Positions 1-11,022 of a stretch of 64,000 nt of DNA are shown here, piece by piece; the first letter of the stretch is position 1, and each line of letters begins with the position of its first letter. This DNA is from Octopus sinensis (Eukaryota). Where the stretch lies: positions 15,252,001-15,316,000 of the forward strand of contig NC_043012.1 in the NCBI RefSeq assembly GCF_006345805.1. The letters are read 5' to 3'. Below the pieces are notes generated by a model. It was not told where the DNA came from and searched no databases. It was given only the letters and a program-made list of their open reading frames with translations. The translations under genes and the position numbers were made by a program.

Positions 1-1019
1 CTTCTACTATAGCCTCGGGCCGACCAAAGCCTTGTGAGTGGATTTGGTAGACAGAAACTGAAAGAAGCTTAGCAGTTTGGCAAAAAAGACCGATAGAATA
101 AGTACTAGGCTTACAAAGAATAAGTCCTGGTGTCGATTTGCTTGACTAAAGGCGGTGCTCCAGCATGGCCATAGTCAAATGACTGAAACAAGTAAAAGAG
201 AAAGAGTACAAGCATTACATTTGATAGAGTGATCTGAATGCTAAAACTGTATCAAATACTTTTTCTAAGAATGCTTCGGTCTCTTGGTTCCATAGGTACT
301 TTTTACCTCCAATCTGCATTGGCTATTCTATGCAATCAGTACACTAGCCTTACCGTTTTCCTAATTTACCATTGCACAACCAACAACTCACACTGACACA
401 CACACTACTCATTCACACTTTGTATTTAATGTACTAACATTACTTTCACAAACCTGGGTAGCTGTTTTACTGTACTCTTAAGGTAAATACACCAGCCTCA
501 CTATTTTCATAATTTACCATTGCATAATCAACAAATCAGCTATTCGTAGGGTATGTGTAAGAGGCCAGATCTGGTTAGTTTGAACATAACACAGGAAGAA
601 TGTTTGGCCCAGATATGGTTGGTTTAAATACTAAAGGGTTAAGAGACTTAGGTTTCTACTTTTGTCCCTCATTTTTTTTTTACAAACTCTCACTCAGATT
701 GCTCACCAGTGAAGCCTTTCATTTTTTTCGATGGTAAATATTTTTCATCAACATCATGACATTTAACTGTGTCCATTTCTCTAACCCTCTTTGAATTAGT
801 AGAATGACATCATCACATTGCTGCTATTTGCACTGTTCTTCATTGAAATTTATTTATTATTCAGCTTCATGTTCTGAGTTCAAATTCTACTGAGGTCATC
901 TTCACCTTTCATCCTTTTGGGGTCGATGAATCAAGTGCTGTTGAGCACTAGGGGTTGATTTAATTGACTTGGTCCCTCCTCCGAAATTGTTAGCCTTGTG
1001 TCAAAATTTGAAACCATTT

Positions 1020-1056
<37 letters not shown>

Positions 1057-1271
1057 GGCAGTGAGCTGGCAGAATCAGTAGCACGCTGGACGAAATGCTT
1101 AGCAGTATTTCACCTGTCTCTTTACATTCTACATTTTAAAAACCACTTTCAGGGTTGATAAATTAAGTACCATTTGAGCACTGGAGTTGATGTAATCAAC
1201 TTGCCCCTTCCCCCAAAATTTCAGGCCTTGTGCCTATAGTAGAAAGGATTATCGTTGTTATTATTGTTATT

Positions 1272-1800
1272 GAGTAAGAGAGCAGTGCATGCCATCAAAG
1301 TGACACTGGGGTAAAATATACAAAGCCCAGTATACCCATCATGACTAGCTGTCTGATAAGGGTACACCAGGCACATGCATCACAACCATATGTGTGCAAC
1401 ATAGTGATCTCATATCTAGATAAACAGCACATGACCTTGCAAGTGGGGCCCAGTTAAGATTTTCTTCAGGTTGAGTTGCCCATTCTGCTCAAAAGGTCCT
1501 TGAATAAGGATTGTTTAAGGATGTTGAACGAAACACCCATGTTTCCAAAGGTGAATCATCCAAACCCCAAAGAATTCCTCTCAACACATGGTTTTGATGC
1601 TCCCCCACTACTTCTGCTCATGATCAGAGATGCACATATCGTCAGCCACTAAGGGACATGCTCAACTGGTTATGGTCAAACAACTGACAAGCAAATATGT
1701 GGTATTGAGCAGGATATTTGCTGTAGCCCATCTTTTATACCAAGACAAAACAATGTACATGATAACACTTCCAATCAGTTAAGATCAGAAACCATGAGAA
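1272..1800. repeat. Interspersed repeat next to (TTA)n; second copy 36111-36537
   Basis: GAGT.AGAGAGCAGTGCATGCCATCAAAGTGACACTGGGG.. shared between the two loci. Confidence 0.75.
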
Positions 1801-3201
1801 CCGTTGGCTGGTCACAACTATTTCCTTTGTGTGTGTGTGTGTGTGTGTGCATGTTTTATACTGGAAACATTTTGATGATCTAACAGTGTATAGGAAACTT
1901 GCTTAATGACACTCCTTTCCATTTTATTGATAATGAAGAGACCTATACAGGGCTGCTTGACCTATTAGAAACAGTTTCTTCAAATCATAGTCTGTCATTT
2001 TTAGAAAAAAAGAGTACTCTTGTTAATGGAAACAAATTTAAACAACTGGATGGTGAGAACTTGAACACATTGTATCGATAAATTTGTTCAGTGTAGGTTG
2101 ACCTAAGGCAAAATTGCAACTTATAACGAAATCCTTCATGAGTTAACTGAAAAAGTATTTTTGTAGTTGGTGTGTTGGTATTTTCCTTGTTTACGTCACT
2201 GCTTTGCTTTAAAAATATATCCAAAACAAGGGTAAATCCCATGATAATGATCTTTTAAAGTAGAACTGACACAAGTCTTTTTTCACTGTACAGCCCTTCC
2301 TCTTTCTCTCTGTCTACTGCTATCCCATCCCCCTGCACTTCCCACTAATTCTGTCATGCTCACGCTGACTGTATGCTTGTCTTTTGTTATATAGTAGTGC
2401 AAGTTAACAACATTTAACCTGCTGACTAATATACCTTACCTAACGCTCATAGTTATGGAATTTTATTTAGTATGTTTAGTATGCCTCCTCCCCATACACA
2501 CACACACACGTCACGTTTTGCTGGGCAATTATGTCATCTGGGTATTTTACTCTGATGAACAGAAATATTCTGAAGACATCTAACCATTTGTAAACTTGTC
2601 ATATTTGTAAAATTTAATCACAAAAGGTTTCTGTAACTTTTTGCTTTTAGGCAAAGTCATGGCTGTGTGGTAAGGAGTTTGCTTCCAAACCACATGGTTC
2701 TGGGTTCAGTCCCACTGCATGGCACCTTGAGCAAGTGTCTTCTAATTTGAATGCTAAATGGTTAAAAGGAAAAAATAATCTCTCCCCAATATCTCTAATT
2801 TTAATCTTATACCTTTATATATTTAAGAATTTCATAAATGGAAACCTTTGGTTGGTTTTCTTTCTTCTCACAAGAAGGCAGTGAGTTGGTAGAATCATTA
2901 GAATATCAGGCAAACTGCTTTGTGGCATTTTGTCTGTTTTTATGTCCTGGGTTCCAATTCCACCAAGGTCAACTTTCATCCTTTCAGGGTAGATAAAACA
3001 AGTACCAGTTGAGTACTGGGGTGTCGATGTAATCAACTGACCCCTTCCTCTGAAATTGCTGGCCTCATGGCTAATGATGACCACAAGTTGCTTGTTCTGT
3101 TAGTAAACTTAAGATTTGTTGTTAAGTTTTTTTCTTTTAATTCTTTTCTTTTTCAAACTTTATATTTTCCCTTTTTTCTTTCTTTTTTTTTTTTTTTGCA
3201 G

Positions 3202-3316
3202 TAAAGATTATGGAAAAAAACAAGAAGCACATGCACTTGGAAGAGACTTGAGAAGGTTGGCTGACGCTTTTGAACAGAGTTATGAAAGGAAAGAAGTGAA
3301 GAAAAAAGCTAGCACT
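3202..3316 (+). CDS. Bcl-2 family gene, BH3 exon (115 nt)
   Basis: Poly-T tract then tgcAG acceptor; encodes GRDLRRLADAFEQ; donor act|GTaaat in phase 0 matches the next exon. Confidence 0.85.
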
Positions 3317-6300
3317 GTAAATCATTATTTATTAATTACTAATTTCTTTAAGTTTTAAAAATAAAATTTGAATCTGAACTCTTCTCTCTGAAATCATGTT
3401 ATGTCCTTATCTCTGTCTGCCTTGTTGAGAGAATATAGGTATTATTTTAAATAGATTGGAAAATTGAGATATCTTATTCTGTCATAAAAAGAATCCTGCT
3501 TTTGTATAAGCTAGTTGTTTACTCAAGAATGTAACATATAATAATGAAATTATTGTATACAGGGTTCAGGTGCACCACAACTTGTCAGAAAGTGCATATA
3601 AAGCATATGCAGTAATGTACAAATGTCTGGAAAGCGAACAATGTATGAGTCAGATACATGCTTGCGTGTGTATGGAGGGGAGAAAATCAGGTGTAGTGTT
3701 GGCGAATCTCAGGAAGCATGGAAGTTTTGAAGGATGCAGTGCTCCGACAACTAACAACTGATGCCGGCAGTTTGTTCCATGCTTCAGCAACTCTCAGCGT
3801 GAAAAAATGTTTCCTTAAGTCATGGGAGCTGTGCTGTTTTCTGACTTTGTAAATATGTCCACAGGTGTTAGACGGGTGGAGTTTGAAAAGGTGCTCAGAG
3901 TTATTGTTTGTAAGATGGTTGATAATTTTATGGGTGTCTGCCAAGTCAGCTGCCAGACGTTAGAGTTTCAATGTGTTCATGCCCAGGGAAGTAAGGCATT
4001 CAGAATATGGTGATGCCTTGCTCAAGGTGCCATGCAGTGGGACTGAACCCAGAACCATGTGGTTTGGAAGCAAACTCCTTACCACACAGCCATGACTTTG
4101 CCTAAAAGCAAAAAGTTACAGAAACTTTTTGTGATTAAATTTTACAAATATGAGAAGTTTACTAATGGTTAGATGTCTTCAGAATATTTCTGTTCATCAG
4201 AGTAAAATACCAAGATGACATAATTGCCCAGCAAAACGTGACGTGTGTGTGTGTGTGTATGGGGAGGAGGCATACTAAAACATACATAAGTGAAACATGG
4301 AACTCAATTTTTTTTGTGATAGGACAGTGCTCATAATCACACCCTCCCCTACTTTTTTAAGCAAAGAAAGAACAAATAATTTAATCCTAGGGTGAAAAGG
4401 GTAATGACCCCCTTTCATTAAGAATGACCATGGGATTGCACCTAGAAAGTTTCCCTCCAAGGCACAAGTCAGGGCAAGGTTGTTTATTAAAGACCAACAG
4501 TCATTCTTGCACACCAGCCTCCCCACTCCCTGCCACTGATGTTATCCAAGGGAAAGGCAAAGGGGCCGATACAGCTTGGCACCAGTGACATCACAACTCA
4601 TTTTTACAGCTGAATGAACTGAAGCAACATGAAATAAAGTGTCTTGCTCAAGAGCACAATACAAAGCCTGATCTGGGAATCAAACTCACTACCTCATGAC
4701 TGTGAACCCAACATGCTAACTAGTGAGCCGTGCACCTTCACAGTTTAATCCTAGAGGTGGGGTGGTCATGACTAAAACAGCTTTGATCCTAGGTCTGCTT
4801 GCTCAGCGATAATCTTGAACCAAAAAACAACATTGCAAATGCTGTAAAATAGTCTTTAGCTAATTATTGTAATTATTCACTTAACATGAATGATATCCTG
4901 CATGATCAACAGGTGTTGCCCTTGATTCTTTGGCATGATTCTTCACATTATTATTTGGCTAAGACCAAAGTCATGATTAATTTAATTAATTTAAATTTCT
5001 TGGTTTTACTATATCAAGTATACTAACATTTACCTATTATGTTTACAAGCAGCAGACATCTACTCCTGAGTATTATTTCACAGCCACTCTCATAACTACT
5101 TATGTTCTGTAAATGTAAAGTTTTTTATTTATATATAATGAAATTATTGTATACAGTGCCTAGGTGCACCACAACTTGTCAAATGTGTGTATAAAGCATA
5201 TGCAGTAATGTACAAATGTCTGGGAAGCGAACAGTGTATGAGTCAGATACATGCTTGCATGTGTATGGAGGGGAGAAAATCAGGTGTAGTGTTGGCGAAT
5301 TTCAGGAAGCATGGAAGTTTTGAAGGATGCAGTGCTCCGACAACCAACAATGAATGCCAGCAGTTTGTTCCATGCTTCAGCCACTCTTAGCGTGAAAAAA
5401 TGTTTCCGAAAGTCATGGGAGCTGTGCTGTTTTCTGACTTTGTAAACATGCCCCCAGATGTTAGACAGGTGGAGTTTGAAAAGGTGTTCAGAGTTATTGT
5501 TTGTAAGATGGTTAATAATTTTATAGGTGTCTAGGTATTAAGTTGTTGGTTAATACATCATTTGTTACAAGTTGACTTGCTACTACGGAACAGTTGTAAC
5601 TTTTATTCTACCTCCAGTTTCATTAACCCTTCAGTATTTAAACAGACCATACCTGGCCCAAAATATTCTACCTGTTTTATGTTCAAATAAGCCAGATCCA
5701 GCCTCTCACACCTACCATATAGTGTTATTCTAAAAGTAAACAGTCACATCATTGAAATCTCAAAACTACAAGATACTGCATAATTAATTCAAAACAATGT
5801 GAGTAAATAACCATTACATTTGACAGAATAATCTGAATGCTGAAAGATTAAAGCTAAAGCTTTCTTAGTTGAACTTGGATTGCAGTATTTACAAGAGCTG
5901 TGATGACCGAGATTGATTTTTAAGGAAGTAGTTTTGGGAACCAATGATCTTAAGTTCAAACCAAAGCTTAACACCAAGTTACAGACCCCATTTTTACCCT
6001 CTGTGGCAAACAAAGAACAATTGAATTTAGATGCTTGACAACATGGCACTTGTAATAGTGACAAGCATAAAGTTTATGGCAGTTGCTGTTCTCAAGTATC
6101 TTCTCCACCCATTATTCCTGAGAGGGTTGTTGGGGTAGAATCTTCTGGTACCTCCTTCATAAGAAGCAACTATCATTACACTTTCCACTTGGATTTCCAA
6201 GCTGATCAACTGAGATTATGGATATTATTCAACCATCTCATTCTTGGCAATTCTGTTCTCAATAAAGATTGATATAATGAGTCACATAGCACCATGTTGT

Positions 6301-9300
6301 CTGCAAATGTCAGCTGCTGACTCTACACTCACTGATTCTGAGACCACCTCCACAGAAGCTGTGCTTGTCAGTTCAGTTGATAATTTCATAAAAATGATAA
6401 ATATGAATTACAAAGTGCTGGTGACATATAAAAGGCACCTGTGCTGGTGACACTTACAGTACACTCTGTGAAGTGGTAAGCATTAGGAAGGGCATCCAGC
6501 CATAGAAATCAAGCCAAAACAGATGACTGGAGCCTGGTGCAGCACGCTAGTTTATCAGTCGCAGTCAAACTGTTTACTAGAAAATGGAATGTTAAACAAT
6601 GATGGCAGCAGCATTGGTGGAAACGGTGGTGGTGGTGGTGGTGGTGGTTGTCATCATTGTTGTTAAAAGCAGCTATATAATCATCAATATTTAAATTTTT
6701 ATGGAGAACAAAATTAAGAAAATTTATTAAGTTCACTACAAGTTAGCAGGCATGAATTCATTTAGTTAAATATCACTTTGAAGAAATAAGTTTTATAAGA
6801 ACAGAACCTTCAATACATAAATAAGAATATTTTGTGATGCAAATCTTAATTCTTCCAACTTCTCAGTTGTGTCAAAGAGTTTTAATGTTATACATTGAAA
6901 TTTTCTTTTATTAGCATACACTAATGAATTTTTTTTTTTTTGTTTTTTATTACAGTGTAATCTTGACATCAACAGTTACTCAGAATTTTCTAGAATTTTG
7001 AAAAGTTTGTTCACCAATGGTGGGATCACACACAGCAGAATCATAGTCTTATTCTTTTTTTGTTCCGATTTTGCAATTCGCACCTTAAAAGAGTGTTCAC
7101 AGCGCTTTACGCGCTTTATTAATTGGTTTTTCCAGTTTCTATCGGATTATGTTTATGAGTGGGTAGAATTACATGGTGGATGGGTACGTATTTCACATTT
7201 TGTTTCTTTCTGCTTTTAAATGCATAAATATATGGAATTAAAAATTTAATTGTTATTTTAATTTATAAAGAAAAACAACAGGAAACAGCTTCTCTTCGGT
7301 AATTTTCTTTTTGTTATCTAAAAGTAATGTTTATTTTGTCTCACCTTTATTACTCTCATTGACAATCAGATATTATTGTCAAACCAACAAGCAAGCCTCT
7401 AGAAATAGCAGCCAAATCTCCCTCAAATCATATCCTACCACCTTGAAACAAAAGTACATCTCAGACAATGTAGTTATAGATCATCATCATCATCGTCGTT
7501 GTTTAATGTCCGCTGGCATGGGTTGGACAATTTGACTGAGGACTGGCGAACCAGGCTCCAATCTGATCTGGCAGAGTTTCTACAGCTGGATGCCTTTCCT
7601 AATGCCAACCACTCCGAGAAGGTAGTGGGTGCTTTTATGTGCCAGTCAGGCAGTACTGGCAACACCATGCTGAAATGGTGTTTTTTACGTGCCAACTGCA
7701 CAGGAGCCAGTCCAGTGGCACTGGCAACGACCTCGCTTGAATGTTTTTTCACGTACCACTGGCACAAGTGCCAGTAAGGCGACGCTGGTAATGATCATGC
7801 TCGAATGGTGCTTTTTTTTTGTGTGTTTACATTCCCATAACATAGTGGTTTGGCAAAAGAGACCAATAAAATAACTACCAGGCTTGAGGGGAAATAAAGT
7901 ATTGGGGTTGATTCATTCAACTAAAATTCTTCAATGTGGCGCCCCACCATAGCCATAGTCTAATGACTGAAACAAGCAAAAGATAAAAGATACAGCTATA
8001 AGTTAACTAAAACCTTGTGTGTGGAATTTTGTAGGTAGAAACTGTGTAAGTCTTTTGTACACATCTGTGTTTGTTTAGACTGGTCTTAAGAAAGCATGAA
8101 CCATGCAGTTTATGTTGTATCCTATGATGGGTTGTACTGTAGCACTTTGACGAATATAGCTCAATAAAATAAGTAAAAAGAGTAAAGACCCCCTTCGGTC
8201 ATAAATGATTATGGGGATGCACCTAGAACGTTCCTTCCGAGGCACAAGTCCAGGCAAGGTTGTTTTATGGAAGACCAGCACTCACCCATGCATACTAGGT
8301 TCCCCTCTCCATGCCACTGATATTATCTGAGGGAGAGGCAAAGGGGCCGATACAGCTTGGCACCAGTGATGTCTCAACTCATTTCCACAGCTGAGTGGGC
8401 TGGAGCAACATGAGATAAAGTGTCTTGCTCAAGAACAAAACACACAGCCTGATGCAGAAATCGAAATAACTACCTCATGATTGTGAGCCTGTACTAGAAC
8501 AACTAAATCCTTGAGGTTAGTGCTCCATCATGGTTGCAGTCCAGTGACTGAAGCCAGTAAAAGCAACTACACTGTGTAACAGGATTTTTGTCCTTGGGTA
8601 GCAACTGTTATTTCCTATTTGCTTACCCCTGGAAAGTATGAGAAATGGCTAATATTTCCTTTATACCATGTTTTTGTTTCAAAGAATTTCTCTCAGCATA
8701 TGGCTATGATGCTCCCCACACTACTCCTGCTCATGGTCAGAAATGCACATACTGTCAGCCACTAAGGGACATGCACAACTGGTTATGATCAAGCCATTAA
8801 CAAGCAAATCTGTGGTACTGTGCAGAATCCTTCCTATAATGATATTTCTGCTTCAGCAATTCAGCACTTAATCTGTCTGAAATGTAATGGAAAATAGGTC
8901 AGTTTCAAAACATTGATGTCCAGATAAGAAAAGCAAAATTTGAAGGGAATTGTAGTCATTTCCTTTGATTTCTAAAGAGAGGCAAATAGGAAATAACTCT
9001 TACTGACCAAAGACAGTAATAAAAAAAACAACTTTTGTTACACAGTGTAATGGGTTGTACTGTAGCGCTTTGACAAATATAGACCAATATAATAAGTACT
9101 GCAACAACTAAACCCTGGAGGTCAGTGCTCCAGCATGGTTGCAGTCAAGTGATTGAAACAAGTAAAAGCAACAAGAAACTATTTGACAAGCTGAGAGATA
9201 AAGACAACCAGCATTTAATTCTTTACCATTGATACCATTTGTGTTGCAAAACATTTGATACAGAGATGCTTATCCTTCATTCTCCTGTCATTGCCTCCGT

Positions 9301-10294
9301 GAGGTTCAATGTTCGAAGGTCATGCTTCACCACCTCATCCCATGTCTTCCTGGGTCTACCTCTTCCACAGGTTCCTTCCACAGTTAGGGAGTGGCACTTC
9401 CACACACAGCTGACCTCATCCATACGTAACACATGACCATACCAGCACAGTCGTCTCTCTTGCACTCCACATTTGATGCTTCTTATGCCCAACTTTTCTC
9501 TCAGGGCATTTACACTCTGCCGTGTATGCACACTGACACCACTCATCCAGCTGATCACACTAGCTTCATTTCTTTCAAGCCTATGCATGTCCTCAGCAGT
9601 CATGGCCCATGTTTCACTGCCTTGTAGTATGGCAGTTCACACACATGCATCATACAGTCTACTTTTCATCTTGAGCAAGAGGCCCTTAGTTACCAGCAGA
9701 GGTAGGAGCTCCCCAAACTTTGCCCAGGCTATTCTTATTCTAGCCACTTACACTCTCAGAGCAACTGCCCCCACTACAGACTTGGTTGCCTAGGTAGCAG
9801 AAGCTATTAACTACATCTAGTTTCTTCCCCTGGCATGTGATGAAATCTGTTTTCTGTACATCTTTGGTGTTTATTGTCCCTGTGCATCTGCCACACACAA
9901 AATTCTATCTTCCCGGTTAACCTTCCTTTGATATTGCTGCACCTTTTATGTGTCTATAGCTTACACCACGTATATCATATGGAGTTTCTACCCATGCCTT
10001 TTCTACAGATTGAGCAGAGCCATCTACCTGGAGGGTATAAACTTTCTGTAAAAATTAACTACTCCTAAAAATTCTCTGAGTAGAAGTTAATTAAGATGTG
10101 TGCACCAATAATGATATATTTTAGTAAGATGTGTTACATAAGTGTCTCACTCTGAGTGTGATAAGTAGAACACAGGTAACTGAAATGTGTGACATGTATG
10201 AGACTCATTCAAATGCCAGGTCTGAAGCAAAAGCTGTATTGAAGTTGCCTATTATTAGTTTCCTTTTTTTTTCTCCTTATATTATTGTTTATTG

Positions 10295-10326
<32 letters not shown>

Positions 10327-10781
10327 CCTTCTTCTTCTTCTTTGTTTGACTTTCGCATTACATTTGTACAAGTTGGCTCCAAGTCTCACCCAGAGACCTC
10401 ATGAGTTGGAAGTTCATGCTGGTGTTATGCCTAGGGTGCCATATATTTGGTTTTATACTTAGTGTTGTACTAGTGAATGTCTAAAAAACCATACGAGAAT
10501 TATGTTTGTTTTAAAACTTGAGATTACAACTTGAGATTATTATTATTATATTATTATTATTATTATTATTATCCTTCTTCTTCTTCTTTGTTTGACTTTC
10601 GCATTACATTTGTACAAGTTGGCTCCAAGTCTCACCCAGAGACCTCATGAGTTGGAAGTTCATGCTGGTGTTATGCCTAGGGTGCCATATATTTGGTTTT
10701 ATACTTAGTGTTGTACTAGTGAATGTCTAAAAAACCATACGAGAATTATGTTTGTTTTAAAACTTGAGATTACAACTTGAG

Positions 10782-10812
<31 letters not shown>

Positions 10813-11022
10813 TATTATTACTATCTTATTATTGTTGTTGTTGTTATTATTATTATTACTATCATTATTGTTGTTATTATTATTATTATTATTAATATTT
10901 TTGCATTTTTTTCTTTTCAGTTTGCTGTTTTGAACCCAACACACTACAACAAGTATATAATGCTTAGCACTGTTGTTGCTTGTATGCTAGCCATAGGTAT
11001 TTACAGATGGATGAAAAGATAG
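3202..11022 (+). CDS. Bcl-2 family multidomain (Bax-like) apoptosis regulator, 5'-partial; exons 3202-3316, 6956-7183, 10921-11022
   Basis: Spliced translation ..KDYGKKQEAHALGRDLRRLADAFEQSYERKEVKKKAST|CNLDINSYSEFSRILKSLFTNGGITHSRIIVLFFFCSDFAIRTLKECSQRFTRFINWFFQFLSDYVYEWVELHGGW|FAVLNPTHYNKYIMLSTVVACMLAIGIYRWMKR*. Shows BH3 (LRRLAD), BH1-like, BH2 (WVELHGGW) with the family-typical intron right after GGW, and a hydrophobic tail anchor with a basic end. The start exon was not found in the window. Confidence 0.88.
3540..4012 (-). mobile_element. CR1-clade LINE 3' fragment
   Basis: Minus strand reads PYSE.LTSLGM.TLKL..LAADL..HKII...LRKHFFTLRVAEAWNKLP, the CR1-type ORF2 C-terminus. Confidence 0.85.
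5134..5533 (-). mobile_element. CR1-clade LINE 3' fragment, second copy
   Basis: Highly similar to 3540-3940 in the same orientation. Confidence 0.85.
5627..5847. mobile_element. piggyBac-like MITE (TTAA flanks, CCC start); related copy ~14038-14255
   Basis: TTAA|CCCTTCAGTATT ... GAATGCTGAAAGA|TTAA, degenerate. Confidence 0.6.
6956..7183 (+). CDS. Bcl-2 family gene, BH1/BH2 exon (228 nt)
   Basis: ttacAG acceptor; LFTNGGITHSRIIVLFFF...WVELHGGW; donor tgg|GTacgt. Confidence 0.9.
8570..9047. mobile_element. MITE with CACTGTGTAACA TIRs, TA TSD (related inverted copy ~22897-23615, interrupted by a SINE)
   Basis: TA|CACTGTGTAACA ... TGTTACACAGTG|TA. Confidence 0.75.
9280..10050 (-). mobile_element. 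RTE LINE fragment (RT C-terminal part)
   Basis: ORF 9277-9603 [21 protein letters not shown], homologous to 56007-56321. Confidence 0.9.
10327..10790. repeat. Exact tandem duplication, 246-bp period, bounded by (ATT)n
   Basis: Units start at 10327 and 10573; non-microsatellite parts are identical by eye. Confidence 0.9.
10921..11022 (+). CDS. Bcl-2 family gene, terminal transmembrane exon
   Basis: ttttcAG acceptor; YIMLSTVVACMLAIGIYRWMKR then TAG; phase 0 consistent with the previous exon. Confidence 0.85.
   Translation, partial: FAVLNPTHYNKYIMLSTVVACMLAIGIYRWMKR

Noticed and set aside
1899-2081. 60-aa ORF as a possible upstream exon of the Bax-like gene
   Set aside because: No BH4-like motif or convincing phase-2 donor was found, and it contains repeat-like sequence. 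The upstream exon is probably outside the window.
2551-2580. CTGATGA-acagaa-ata-ttctg-aaga hammerhead-like string (also CTGAGGA near 18868 and CTGATGAG at 48961)
   Set aside because: GAAA, stem III or stem I are missing; too degenerate to call.
5850-6450. Moderately complex stretch with short ORFs on both strands
   Set aside because: No recognisable domain or consistent splice sites; probably a decayed repeat.
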